This document shows, in pieces, positions 8,285 through 17,671 of a stretch of DNA of 64,000 bases. Location: assembly GCA_964291495.2 (NCBI GenBank), contig OZ219871.1:416001-480000 (forward strand), read 5' to 3'. The notes under the pieces were generated by a model, which did no database searches, was not told where the DNA came from, and saw only the letters and a list, made by a program, of their open reading frames with translations. The position numbers were made by a program, and so were the translations under genes. The first letter of the stretch is position 1. Each line of letters opens with the position of its first letter. The DNA is from Dehalococcoidia bacterium. Lineage in GTDB: Bacteria > Chloroflexota > Dehalococcoidia > UBA2979.

Positions 8285-8794
8285 ATGGCTGAATACCTCG
8301 GGGCCGGCGTCTTCGTCCCGGAGAACGACCCGCAGCATCGCGAGTACCTCACGGAGGCCGCCAAGGGCTACCTCCCGCTGCAGCAGTGCGACGACTGCGG
8401 CGCCAGGATCTACCCCGTGCGCACGATGTGCCCGGAGTGTCGCGGCAGCGACATGACCTGGGTTCCGGCATCGGGCAAGGGCACGATCTACTCCTACTAC
8501 ATCGTCCCGCACCCGATTAATCCTGCGTTCAAGGACTTCGTCCCCTACCCGGTCATCCTCGTCGAGCTCGACGAGGATCGCGGGGCGCTGGGCGAGCATC
8601 GCGCGCTGCGGATTGTCGGCAACCTGCTGGGCGAGGACGGCAACCCCGCGCCTCGCGAGGATGTCGCGATCGGCAAGCGCGTCGAGGTCACGATCATCGA
8701 CCTCGGCGACGGGTGGGGGCTGCCGCAGTGGAAGCTCTCCGGCGAGCCGGACGAGCACGAGGCGTGGCAGATCCCGCACAGCTACCCGCCCTAG
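8285..8794 (+). CDS. DUF35 Zn-ribbon/OB-fold protein (thiolase partner)
   Basis: LQQCDDCG..CPECRG, SGKGTIYSY, PYPVILVELDE. Confidence 0.92.
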   Translation: MAEYLGAGVFVPENDPQHREYLTEAAKGYLPLQQCDDCGARIYPVRTMCPECRGSDMTWVPASGKGTIYSYYIVPHPINPAFKDFVPYPVILVELDEDRGALGEHRALRIVGNLLGEDGNPAPREDVAIGKRVEVTIIDLGDGWGLPQWKLSGEPDEHEAWQIPHSYPP

Positions 8795-8829
8795 GAAAAC
8801 CGAGCGCCGGCGGCGCGTCAGGAACACCT

Positions 8830-8857
8830 CGAGGGGGCGGCACGAGCCGCCCCCTCG
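8830..8857 (+). terminator. Hairpin, probable terminator
   Basis: Perfect IR CGAGGGGGCGGC-ACGA-GCCGCCCCCTCG after the DUF35 stop. Confidence 0.55.
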
Positions 8858-8924
8858 CTGTATCCTCCTCGTTGCGCCCGACTCCCCCCACAACGCCCGG
8901 CGCGATGAGGGATGGGATGATCCG

Positions 8925-9632
8925 GTGACGGCTGCGGACCGCCATCCCTCGCGCTCCCTCTTCGCCGGACCGTTACGCATCGCGCATCGTGGCGGCAACA
9001 CACTCCGGCGACTGGCCGACGCACAGCGCTGGGGCGTCGACGTGGTGGAACTCGATCTCTGGCTGCACCGCGGGCGGCTCGACGTCCGGCATGCGGGGGC
9101 GGCGGGAGTGCTCCCGCTGCTGCGCGAGGGCTGGAGGCTGCGGCCTGGGCGGCCGGGCCGCCTGCAACTCGCCGGCGTGCTCAACGCCGCCGGGCCACGC
9201 ACGCGCCTGATGCTGGATCTCAAGGGCCGGAACCCCCGCCTGCCCGGCTCCGCGATCGAGGTCATGGCGCAGCTCCGCCCCGGCGAGCCCTACATCGTGA
9301 GCGCGCGGCACTGGGAGTTGCTCACTCCCTTCCGCGCGCTCCCGCACGTACTGACCGTCTACTCCTGCGGATCCGCCGACGAGCTGATGGCAGCGCTCGA
9401 CCTCGCGCGAGGGGGCGGGCTGCCGGCGGTGGGAGCGCACCGCCGCAACCTCGACGCGAAGCGGGTGGCGGACCTGCGCGAGCAGGTGCCGGAGCTCTTC
9501 GCCTGGGCCGTGGACAGCGGCCGGCACGCCCGCGAGCTCGTCGAGTGGGGCGTGACGGGCATCGTCAGCGACGACTTCCACGTGTTGCACGGCCTGAGCC
9601 AGCTGCGGCGGGAGGAGGCTGTGGTCGGGTAG
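8925..9632 (+). CDS. Glycerophosphodiester phosphodiesterase family protein
   Basis: IAHRGG, VVELDL, LMLDLKG, FAWAVD, GVTGIVSD. Start uncertain. Confidence 0.82.
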   Translation: MTAADRHPSRSLFAGPLRIAHRGGNTLRRLADAQRWGVDVVELDLWLHRGRLDVRHAGAAGVLPLLREGWRLRPGRPGRLQLAGVLNAAGPRTRLMLDLKGRNPRLPGSAIEVMAQLRPGEPYIVSARHWELLTPFRALPHVLTVYSCGSADELMAALDLARGGGLPAVGAHRRNLDAKRVADLREQVPELFAWAVDSGRHARELVEWGVTGIVSDDFHVLHGLSQLRREEAVVG

Positions 9633-9683
9633 AGTGCGGGCCGCAGGGCGTCACCGGCGCCGGCACGCACGGGAGGACACACC

Positions 9684-10499
9684 ATGACGACCACCGCGAA
9701 TCCCCAAATCCTCACCGCCCACTACGATGACAAGACCGTCGCATCGCTGCTGTTCGACTTCTTCGCCGTCGACGGCGACGCCGGCCTCGAGGGCTACCTG
9801 GATGATCGGGCGCGGCCGCTGCTGGACGAGGGCACGGCGGCGGCGGCGAACATCTTCGAGCTGCGCGAGCAGGAGGTGCCGGCCACACCGCTCGCGCGCG
9901 GCATCAACCAGGGCCTGACCGAGGCGTACGAGGACCGGCTCTGGCTCCACCTCGATCGCGAGGCGCCGAGCGACGCCGTCCCCGACCGGGCGCGTCCGGC
10001 CGCCGTCTACGGCGCCGCCTACCAGCTCGCCGGTAACGACTTCGGCGCGCTGGCCGCCATGCCGGAGGCCGCGGGACGCTCCGTGATCAGCACCGGCGCC
10101 TACAGCAAGATCATCGACTTTGGCCGACCCGACCCGACGAGCGACGACGCCTTCGAGGGCGCGATGATCGTCTTCACGCACCCGACGGACCTCGGCTATG
10201 TCGAGTCCTTCAACGACTGGTACACGACGAACCACATGATCGATGTCGCCAAGTCGCCGCCGTTCCGCAGCGCGACGCGCTACCTCCTCGAACGCCGCAT
10301 CGAGGGGACGCCGCTGCCCTACCTCTGCATCTACGAGGTGGAGGCGCCGTGGAGCGAGCGGATGCACATCGACATGATGCAGCAGGTGGGCATCGACCCG
10401 TGGCCGCAGCGTGAGTCGCAGCCAGTCACCGAGGGCGGGCAGGGCGTGCTGATGATCGATTTCTGGGGCTACTTCCAGCGCGCCTGGCACGCCTCGTAG
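9684..10499 (+). CDS. Hypothetical protein with an EthD/DUF4286-like domain
   Basis: FNDWYTTNHMIDV..SATRY..YLCIYEV. SD GGAGG. Confidence 0.65.
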   Translation: MTTTANPQILTAHYDDKTVASLLFDFFAVDGDAGLEGYLDDRARPLLDEGTAAAANIFELREQEVPATPLARGINQGLTEAYEDRLWLHLDREAPSDAVPDRARPAAVYGAAYQLAGNDFGALAAMPEAAGRSVISTGAYSKIIDFGRPDPTSDDAFEGAMIVFTHPTDLGYVESFNDWYTTNHMIDVAKSPPFRSATRYLLERRIEGTPLPYLCIYEVEAPWSERMHIDMMQQVGIDPWPQRESQPVTEGGQGVLMIDFWGYFQRAWHAS

Positions 10500-10520
10500 G
10501 CGATTCGCCGCGTCGCGCCG

Positions 10521-10548
10521 TTGACGCGAGGCGACGAGGGCGGACAAT
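10521..10548 (+). promoter_or_regulatory. Sigma70-like promoter giving a probably leaderless clpS mRNA
   Basis: TTGACG-16 nt-GACAAT, ending 6 nt before GTG 10555. Confidence 0.45.
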
Positions 10549-10554
10549 GGGCGC

Positions 10555-10893
10555 GTGACCGCCTCCGAGACGACGACGCGCACCGCGCCGGCGGAAACCG
10601 CGACGCCGGATACCGGGCAGCAGCTCGCGCCCCGCTACCACCTGGTGCTGCTCGACGACGACTACCACACGTACGCCTACGTCATCGAGATGCTGGGCCG
10701 CATCTTCGGCTACGGGAAGGAGAAGGCGTTCGCCCTCGCCCGCATTGTCGACACGCAGGGGCGGGTGATCGTTGAGACGGCCGGGCACGAGCAGGTGACG
10801 CGCAACCAGGAGAAGATCCACGGCTACGGCGCGGACCCGCGCATCGCCACCTCGCAGGGCTCGATGTCGGCGCTGGTCGAGGAGGCTCCGTGA
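10555..10893 (+). CDS. clpS: ATP-dependent Clp protease adaptor ClpS
   Basis: YHLVLLDDDYHTYAYVIEML..IF..AFALA..VDTQGRVIV. Confidence 0.88.
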   Translation: MTASETTTRTAPAETATPDTGQQLAPRYHLVLLDDDYHTYAYVIEMLGRIFGYGKEKAFALARIVDTQGRVIVETAGHEQVTRNQEKIHGYGADPRIATSQGSMSALVEEAP

Positions 10894-12461
10894 CGCTCGG
10901 GGCGCCCGGCGTGATCGCGCCCGGGACGGTCGTGCGCGCACCCGTCGAGGGGCCGCTCAACATCGCCCGCGCGTGCCTCGAGGCGCGCGCCCGCGACCCG
11001 GCCTTCGCCGACGAGCCGGCGTTCAGCTTCCTCTACGGCGACCGCACGGAGCGCTGGACCTACGCCGAGGCATGGGCGCGCGTGGAGCGCATCGGGCGCG
11101 GGTTGCTGGCGCGCGGCCTGCAGCCGGGCGACCGCGTGCTGGTGCGCACGCCGCACTCGCCGGACTACGCCTTCGCCTTCTTCGGCGCGAACGCCGCCGG
11201 GCTGGCCCCAATCCCCGCTTCGCCGCAGCTGACGCCCGCCGAGGCCGCGTTCCTCTGCGCCGACGCCGAGCCGCGCGCAGCCGTCACCTCAGCCGACCTG
11301 CCGCTGCCCGGCTTCGACGGCCTTCAGATCGACGCCGCCGACCTCGACACGCTCGACGGCGACGCCGCGCTGCCGCAGACCCAGGCCGAGGATCCGGCGT
11401 TCCTGATCTACACCTCGGGGACGCAGGCCAGCCCGAAGGGCGTGCTGCACGCGCAGCGCACCCTCTACGGGCGCGCGCTGATGTGGGGTGCCTGGGAAGG
11501 CTTCGAGGCCGGCGACGTCGCGCTGCACGCCGGGACGCTGAACTGGTCGTACACGCTCGGCGTCGGGCTGATGGACGTCTGGGCGGTCGGCGGGCACGCG
11601 ATGCTCTACGGCGGCCCGCCGGACCCGGCGATCTGGTCTCGGCTGATCGCCGAGCACGGCGTCAACGTCTTCACCGCCGTCCCCACCGTGTACCGCCAGC
11701 TGCTCAAGTACGGGGCGCCCGAGGACACCGACCTCTCGTCGCTTCGTCACTGCCTCTGCGCCGCCGAGCCGCTGCTACCCGCGCTCGCCGACGAGTGGGC
11801 CGCGAAGGTGGGGACGGAGATGTTCGAGGCGCTCGGCATGACCGAGGTCAGCACCTACATCTCCTCGGGTCCGGCGACGCCCGTGCGGCCCGGCTCGCCC
11901 GGACGGCCCCAGCCCGGCCGCCGCGTCGTGATCCTGCCCGAGGACGGCGCTGCGCCGGGCGCGGACCAGCCGCTGCCGCCGGGTGAGGTGGGGCTGCTCG
12001 CCGTCCACCGAACGGACCCGGGCCTGATGCTCGGCTACTGGCGACGGCCGGACGAGGAGGCCTCGGTCTACCGTGGCGAGTGGTTCGCGGGCGGCGACCT
12101 CGCGGCGATGGACGAGGACGGCTACATCTGGTTCCACGGCCGCGCCGACGACGTCATCAAGTCGTTTGGCTTCCGCCTCTCCCCGGTCGAGATCGAGGCG
12201 GCGATCGAGTCCTGCCCCGGCGTCTCCGAGGTCGCCGTCGTCGGCGTGCCGATCGACCCGACGAAGACGCTCGTCACGGCCTGCGTGGTGCCGCAGGACG
12301 GCGTGCGCCTCGAGGAAGACGCGCTGCGGGCGCACGCCGAGGACAGGCTCGCCGGCTACAAGCAGCCGCACGAGTACCGGCTCGTCGACGAGCTTCCGCG
12401 TACGCGCAACGGCAAGGTGCAACGCAAGGTGCTGCTCGCAAGCCTGCGCGGGGACGTGTAG
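10890..12461 (+). CDS. Acyl-CoA synthetase / AMP-binding ligase
   Basis: YTSGTQASPKG, GMTE, GDLA, GRADDVIK, LPRTRNGK. Confidence 0.93.
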   Translation: MTLGAPGVIAPGTVVRAPVEGPLNIARACLEARARDPAFADEPAFSFLYGDRTERWTYAEAWARVERIGRGLLARGLQPGDRVLVRTPHSPDYAFAFFGANAAGLAPIPASPQLTPAEAAFLCADAEPRAAVTSADLPLPGFDGLQIDAADLDTLDGDAALPQTQAEDPAFLIYTSGTQASPKGVLHAQRTLYGRALMWGAWEGFEAGDVALHAGTLNWSYTLGVGLMDVWAVGGHAMLYGGPPDPAIWSRLIAEHGVNVFTAVPTVYRQLLKYGAPEDTDLSSLRHCLCAAEPLLPALADEWAAKVGTEMFEALGMTEVSTYISSGPATPVRPGSPGRPQPGRRVVILPEDGAAPGADQPLPPGEVGLLAVHRTDPGLMLGYWRRPDEEASVYRGEWFAGGDLAAMDEDGYIWFHGRADDVIKSFGFRLSPVEIEAAIESCPGVSEVAVVGVPIDPTKTLVTACVVPQDGVRLEEDALRAHAEDRLAGYKQPHEYRLVDELPRTRNGKVQRKVLLASLRGDV

Positions 12462-12482
12462 CCGCTCCGACCGCGGCAGCAC

Positions 12483-13544
12483 CTACAGCGCCGCGGGCGA
12501 CTCGGCGAAGACGGCAGGCGTGCGGCGCAGCTGCAGCGCGACGCGGTCGAGGCGCGCGAACTCCTCCCCCGGCCCCACGCGGACGCGCAGTTCCTCGCCG
12601 CCGGCAAGGCGCACGTGCAGCATCTGGTCGTGGCCGTAGAACTCGTGGCCGCAGACCTCGGCGGGGGCTCCCTGCTCGCGCAGCAGCACGTCCTCGGGGC
12701 GGATCACGACGGCGCAGCGGCTCGCCCCGGGCGGCGCGGGCAGGTCGCCGAACGGGGTGCGCACGAGGCCGGCGGCGGCGGGCAGCCGCAGCACCATCGC
12801 ATCACCGATGCTCTCCGCGACACGCAGCGTGCCCGGCTCCAGGTAGATCTGCTGCGGCGTGCCGTGCTGCTCGACGCGCCCGTCCCAGAGGAAGGCGACG
12901 CGGTCGGCGATCGAAAGCGCCTCCTCCTGGTCGTGCGTGACCAGGATCGTCGTCGTGCCCGCGCGGCGCAGGATCTCGCGCAACTCGCCGCGCACCCGCG
13001 CGCGCAGCGAGGGATCGAGGTTGGAGAACGGTTCGTCGAGCAGCAGCAGCCGTGGCCGCGGCGCGAGCGCCCTCGCGAGTGCGGTGCGCTGCTGCTCGCC
13101 GCCGGACAGTTCGTGCACGGCGCGCCTGCCGAGGCCGCCGAGGCCGGTCAGCTCGAGCACCTCGCGCACGCGCGCCGCGCGGTCCGCGCCGCGCGGGAGG
13201 CCGTAGGCGACGTTGTCTTCGACGGAGAGGTGCGGGAAGAGCGCGTAGTCCTGGAATACCATGCCCACGCCGCGGCGCTCCGGAGCCACGAACGCGCCCT
13301 CGCCGGCCACGCGCTCGCCGAACAGCTCGATCGCGCCCTCGTCGGGGTGCTCGAAACCGGCGATCAGGCGCAGCGCGGTCGTCTTGCCGGAACCGCTCGC
13401 GCCGAGGATGACGCACAGCTCGCCGGCGGCGACGTCGAGGTCCAGCCCATCGAGCGCCCGCACGCCATCGAAGTTGCGCACGAGGCCGCGCGCGCGCAGT
13501 GCGGGCGCATCGTGAGTCGCGGCACCGGATACGTGCTCAGGCAT
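12483..13544 (-). CDS. Fe3+ ABC transporter ATP-binding protein (FbpC-like)
   Basis: GASGSGKT, LSGGEQQR, LLLDEPFSNLD. Adjacent to an FbpB-like permease. Confidence 0.9.
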   Translation of the reverse strand: MPEHVSGAATHDAPALRARGLVRNFDGVRALDGLDLDVAAGELCVILGASGSGKTTALRLIAGFEHPDEGAIELFGERVAGEGAFVAPERRGVGMVFQDYALFPHLSVEDNVAYGLPRGADRAARVREVLELTGLGGLGRRAVHELSGGEQQRTALARALAPRPRLLLLDEPFSNLDPSLRARVRGELREILRRAGTTTILVTHDQEEALSIADRVAFLWDGRVEQHGTPQQIYLEPGTLRVAESIGDAMVLRLPAAAGLVRTPFGDLPAPPGASRCAVVIRPEDVLLREQGAPAEVCGHEFYGHDQMLHVRLAGGEELRVRVGPGEEFARLDRVALQLRRTPAVFAESPAAL

Positions 13545-15174
13545 CGCGCCTCCAGAGCGTGAGCAACGCGAGTGGGAGGGCGGAGAGCAGGACCAGCAGC
13601 AGCGCGGGCAGCGCGGCACGTGCGAAGAACGCCTCGCTCGAGGCGGCCCACACCTGTGCCGCGAGCGGCTCGAAGCCGATCGGGCTGAGGATCAGGGTCG
13701 CGGGCAGCTCCTTCATCGTGGTCAGGAAGACGAGCGCCATGCCGACGGCGATGCCTCGGCTGGCAAGCGGGAGCGTGATCGAGCCCAGCACCTGCCAGGG
13801 GCGCCGCCCCAGTCCGCTCGCCGCTTCCTCCATCGAGGGGCTGATCTGCAGCAGCGAGGCGCGTGTCGCTCCGAGTGCCTGCGGCAGGAAGAGCAGCGCA
13901 TAGCCCGCCACGAGCAGCCCCAGCGACTGGTAGAGCCAGCCGCCGAACAGCCCTCCGGCGAACGACTCGCCGTGCAGCGCGGCGAAGACGAGCGCCAGAG
14001 CCACCACCAGCCCGGGCAGCGCGAAGCCGCTGTGGCTCAGCAACTCGATCGGCTGCGTCAGCGCGAAGCGGCGATGCCGCGCCGAGAGCACGGCGACGGG
14101 GATCGCGGCCGCCGCCGCGACCAGCGCGGCGAGACCGGAGGCGGTCAGCGAGTCCAGCACCGCGGCGCCCACGCCGTGCAGCGCCTCCCCGGCCGCCAGC
14201 CCGCGCACCAGCCAGAAGCCGAGCAGCGCGAGCGGCAGGGCGAGCGCCAGCGCGAGCAGCCCCGTGACGAAGCCGAACGCCGGCCAGCGCCAGCGGCCGA
14301 GCGGCGCCACCGAGGCGGGACGCGAGCCGGCTCGCGTGCCGTGGTAGCGGCGCTCGCCGCGCGCCCACAGCTCGATGGCGATCAGCGTGAAGGCGATGCC
14401 GATCAGCACGAGCGCGAGGGCCGAGGCCCCTGAGAAGTCGAACCCGGACTCGTAGCGCACGAACAGCGCCCGCGTCAGCGTGTCATAGCGCAACAGCGCA
14501 ACCGCGCCGAAGTCAGAGATCGCATAGAGAGCGACGAGCAGCCCGCCCGCCGCCAGCGCCGGCCGCAACTGCGGCAGGACCACCCGGCGGAACGTGGTCC
14601 AGCGCCCGGAGCCGAGGCCGCGCGATGTCTCCTCGAGGCGCGGGTCCAGGCCGAGCAGCGCGGGACGCAGCGTCAGCAGCAGGTAGGGGTAGGTGAACAG
14701 CGCGAGCACGAGGGTCGCGCCGGGGAAGCCATAGATCGAGGGCAGGCGCTGCACGCCGAGCGGCTCGAGGGCGTCCTGCACCAGCCCCGTCGGTCCGAAG
14801 GCGGAGACCGCCAGCATCGCGGCGATGTAGGAGGGCACGGCGAGCGGCAGCGCGGCGAGAATTCCCAGCGTGCGCCTGGCGGGCAGGTCCGTGCGCGTCG
14901 TCAGCCAGGCGAGCGGCAGCGCGATCGCGGCGGCAAGCGCCGTCGTGCTCGCGGCGAGTGCGGCCGTGCGCAGCGCCAGGCCGAGCGTCGAGCTCGCCGC
15001 GACGGCCTCCCACGCGGCCTCGGGCGACTGTCCCGCCCGGACCAGCAGATAGACGGGCGGGATCGCACAGAGGGCGCCGACCAGCAGGGCGGGCAGCAGG
15101 ATCACCGGCGGCGGCCAGCCGTGGCCGATCAGCGGCGCACGGCGAGCCGGCAGTGCGATCAGCCGCGCTGTCAT
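13537..15174 (-). CDS. Fe3+ ABC transporter permease (FbpB-like)
   Basis: Duplicated permease halves, PLAVPSYIAA, SDFGAV, TMKELPATLIL. Start set at MTARL (15174). Confidence 0.9.
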   Translation of the reverse strand: MTARLIALPARRAPLIGHGWPPPVILLPALLVGALCAIPPVYLLVRAGQSPEAAWEAVAASSTLGLALRTAALAASTTALAAAIALPLAWLTTRTDLPARRTLGILAALPLAVPSYIAAMLAVSAFGPTGLVQDALEPLGVQRLPSIYGFPGATLVLALFTYPYLLLTLRPALLGLDPRLEETSRGLGSGRWTTFRRVVLPQLRPALAAGGLLVALYAISDFGAVALLRYDTLTRALFVRYESGFDFSGASALALVLIGIAFTLIAIELWARGERRYHGTRAGSRPASVAPLGRWRWPAFGFVTGLLALALALPLALLGFWLVRGLAAGEALHGVGAAVLDSLTASGLAALVAAAAAIPVAVLSARHRRFALTQPIELLSHSGFALPGLVVALALVFAALHGESFAGGLFGGWLYQSLGLLVAGYALLFLPQALGATRASLLQISPSMEEAASGLGRRPWQVLGSITLPLASRGIAVGMALVFLTTMKELPATLILSPIGFEPLAAQVWAASSEAFFARAALPALLLVLLSALPLALLTLWRRDA

Positions 15175-15256
15175 CGCCACCCCCGCGTCTGCCTGCAGCG
15201 CACCGGACGCGCTGTCGAGCCTGCCCGAAGAGCATCGTACGGGCGACGGCTCGATA

Positions 15257-15288
15257 TTCGCCACACCTAACGTCGTGAAATCGTACCA
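15257..15288 (-). promoter_or_regulatory. Extended -10 promoter and putative DtxR/IdeR-like iron box
   Basis: On the minus strand, TGGTACGAT is followed by TTAGGTGTGGCGAA, upstream of the iron permease. Confidence 0.35.
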
Positions 15289-15485
15289 GCATTGCTGGCA
15301 ACGCGCGCGCCACACAGGCGGGTAGCGCGCCCGGACTGACGGACCGGCAACGCCGCGGCTATCCGCCGCCGCCAGTCCATCATGGGCAGCGAGGACAGTG
15401 TCCCCCTCGCCAGGCGTGACGCCCGGCCGCGCAGGCCGTACGCTCGGGTCCACGGCGACTGCCGGTGGAGATGGAGGCGCCTTCG

Positions 15486-15599
15486 ATGAACCTGCTCGAG
15501 GATCCCGGCCGCTTCCACTGGAAGTGGATCGCCATCGCCGTGGGGCTGCTGGTCCTCTACGCGATCGAGCGCACGATCCGCACCGGCGGGCTCTTCTAG
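15486..15599 (+). CDS. 37-aa small membrane protein (not in the ORF track)
   Basis: GGAGG 15473-15477, then ATG..TAG encoding MNLLEDPGRFHWKWIAIAVGLLVLYAIERTIRTGGLF. G/C-ending codons and one hydrophobic helix. Confidence 0.6.
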   Translation: MNLLEDPGRFHWKWIAIAVGLLVLYAIERTIRTGGLF

Positions 15600-15643
15600 C
15601 GGCCGCTCTCGAACCGGGCCGATCGAGGCGGAGGGCCGTACCG

Positions 15644-16756
15644 ATGCCGTCTGCCGAATCCCACTCGCCGGTCGAACGCTGGCTGCTCGCGAATGCGCCA
15701 CCCGAGCCGCTCGACTCGGCCCGGGGGCTGTACGAGCGCATGCCTCGCCAGCGCGACGGCCAGCTCCCGTTCGTCGACGTTCCCTACGACCCCCGCCGCG
15801 AGCAGCACTGGGCCGACGCCGCGCGCATCGCCGACTACGTTGCGCACCTCCCGCACGCTCCGTCCGCGCACGCGGGCCGCGCCCCGCGCGTGCTCGACAT
15901 CGGACCCGGCGACGGCTGGCCGTCGCTGCCGATGGCGGCGGCGCGCCCGGACGCCGAGGTGCTGGGCGTCGATCCGTCGCCGCGGCGGGTGCGCACATGC
16001 AGGGCGAACGCGGCGCGGCTCGCACTGGCGAACGCGCGCTTTGCAACCGCGGACGCAGCCGCGCTGCCCCTCGCCGACGGCTCGGTCGACCTCGTGACCG
16101 CGGCGGCATCGCTCGAGGAGGCCGCGGCTCCCGAGGCGGTCTTCGCCGAGCTGCACCGCGTGCTGCGGCCCGGCGGGGCTTTGCGCGCTTCCTACCAGCA
16201 CTGGCGGCTCCCCGCCCCGGAGATCGAGAGCGTGCTGCTCTGGGAGGGCGTCGACGCCGCCTCGCGCCCGATCCGCCTCTACAGCTATGTGCGGCGGCTG
16301 CAGGATCCGCCGCTGGAGCGTCGCTACACCCTCGAGCTCCCCGCCGGGGGCGAGGCGGCGCGGCTGCACCAGCAGGCCCTCGAGGCCGCCGCGCTCGGTC
16401 GCCGCGCCTACGGCGAGACGCTGCTGGCCGGCGCCCCCGCGCTCGGCATCGAGTTGCTCGGACGGCTCGCGCCCCACGCGCGGCACAGCACGGTCGTGGA
16501 GCTGCGGCGCTGGACGACCGCGTGGCTGCGCGAGGCGTTGCTGCGGGCAGGCTTCGACGAGGTGCGTGCGACGGCACATCCGGGCGAGTTGGCGCGCCAC
16601 CTCGGGCGCGCGCTGATCGCGGCCTCGCCGGCTGCCGCCGCCGGGCAGCGCGACGCCCTCGAGGCGCTCGCACGCGGCTTCGGCGACTGGACGGCGCGGA
16701 TCGGCGAGGCCGGCGGGACGCTGCCGGGCGACGGGATGATCGCGGCGGTCGCGTGA
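15644..16756 (+). CDS. Class I SAM-dependent methyltransferase
   Basis: VLDIGPGDG, GVDPS, LPLADGSVDLV, RVLRPGG. Confidence 0.85.
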   Translation: MPSAESHSPVERWLLANAPPEPLDSARGLYERMPRQRDGQLPFVDVPYDPRREQHWADAARIADYVAHLPHAPSAHAGRAPRVLDIGPGDGWPSLPMAAARPDAEVLGVDPSPRRVRTCRANAARLALANARFATADAAALPLADGSVDLVTAAASLEEAAAPEAVFAELHRVLRPGGALRASYQHWRLPAPEIESVLLWEGVDAASRPIRLYSYVRRLQDPPLERRYTLELPAGGEAARLHQQALEAAALGRRAYGETLLAGAPALGIELLGRLAPHARHSTVVELRRWTTAWLREALLRAGFDEVRATAHPGELARHLGRALIAASPAAAAGQRDALEALARGFGDWTARIGEAGGTLPGDGMIAAVA

Positions 16757-16763
16757 GGCGCTC

Positions 16764-17657
16764 TTAGCGCGAGCCCCGGAGGCGCGGGTCGAGCACGTCG
16801 CGGATGACGTCGCCGAGCAGGTTGAAGGCGAGCACCGTGATGGCGATGGCGGTGCCGGCGGAGATCGCCATCCAGGGCTGCTCCTCCATGAAGATGCGCC
16901 CGTCGCGCAGACTGATGCCCCATGAGACGTCGGGCAGTTGGGTGGCGAGCCCGAGGAAGCTGAGCGCGCCCTCGATCAGGATCGCGGCGCCAAAGCCCGC
17001 TGAAATCAGGATCAGGATGACTGGCATCACGTTGGGCAAGACGTGGCGGACCAGGCGTCGGAGCGGGGAGGCGCCGACCACCTCGGCGGCCTCGATGTAG
17101 ACGTTCTCCTTGACGGAGAACACCGCACTTCTCACCACGCGCGAGTTGCTGGCGGAGACGAACACCGCGATCGCGATGACGGCGTTGGTGGTGCTGGGTC
17201 CAATCACGGCGATGATCGCGATCGTCATCATGAGCGCGGGGATCGCCTGGATGGCGTCGACGAAGCGCTGGATGACGAGGTCGGCCGTACCGCCGGCAAA
17301 GCCGCTCACCAATCCGACGATCGAGCCGACGAGGGTGCCGAAGGTGACGGTCAGGAAGCCGGCGTAGATCGAAATGCGCGCTCCCCGGATCAGCCGCGAG
17401 AGCGTGTCGCGGCCGAGGTTGTCCGTGCCAAGCCAGTGGGAACTGCTCGGGCCCTGGTACGTGTCAACCGAGAACTGGGTGAAGCCATATGGGGATATCC
17501 ACGGACCGAGGACCGCGACGAGGACGAGCCCGATGATCACGGCCAGCGAGGCTGCTCCGACCGGCGTCCTGACGATGTTCCACATCGTGTGGACGATCGG
17601 GTTGCGGGCAGGAGTAGCAAACTGCTGAAGCTCCGTGCGGGTTGTGCTCGCGGCCAC
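16764..17657 (-). CDS. Peptide/nickel ABC permease (DppC-like)
   Basis: HWLGTDNLGRD, YIEAAEVVGA, LSFLGL. Confidence 0.93.
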   Translation of the reverse strand: MAASTTRTELQQFATPARNPIVHTMWNIVRTPVGAASLAVIIGLVLVAVLGPWISPYGFTQFSVDTYQGPSSSHWLGTDNLGRDTLSRLIRGARISIYAGFLTVTFGTLVGSIVGLVSGFAGGTADLVIQRFVDAIQAIPALMMTIAIIAVIGPSTTNAVIAIAVFVSASNSRVVRSAVFSVKENVYIEAAEVVGASPLRRLVRHVLPNVMPVILILISAGFGAAILIEGALSFLGLATQLPDVSWGISLRDGRIFMEEQPWMAISAGTAIAITVLAFNLLGDVIRDVLDPRLRGSR

Positions 17658-17671
17658 CGTTGCCCCCTGCC

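Noticed and set aside
15290-15470. Possible riboswitch in the intergenic region before the iron transporter
   Set aside because: I could not recognise cobalamin, TPP, FMN or SAM consensus elements. An Rfam scan would settle it.
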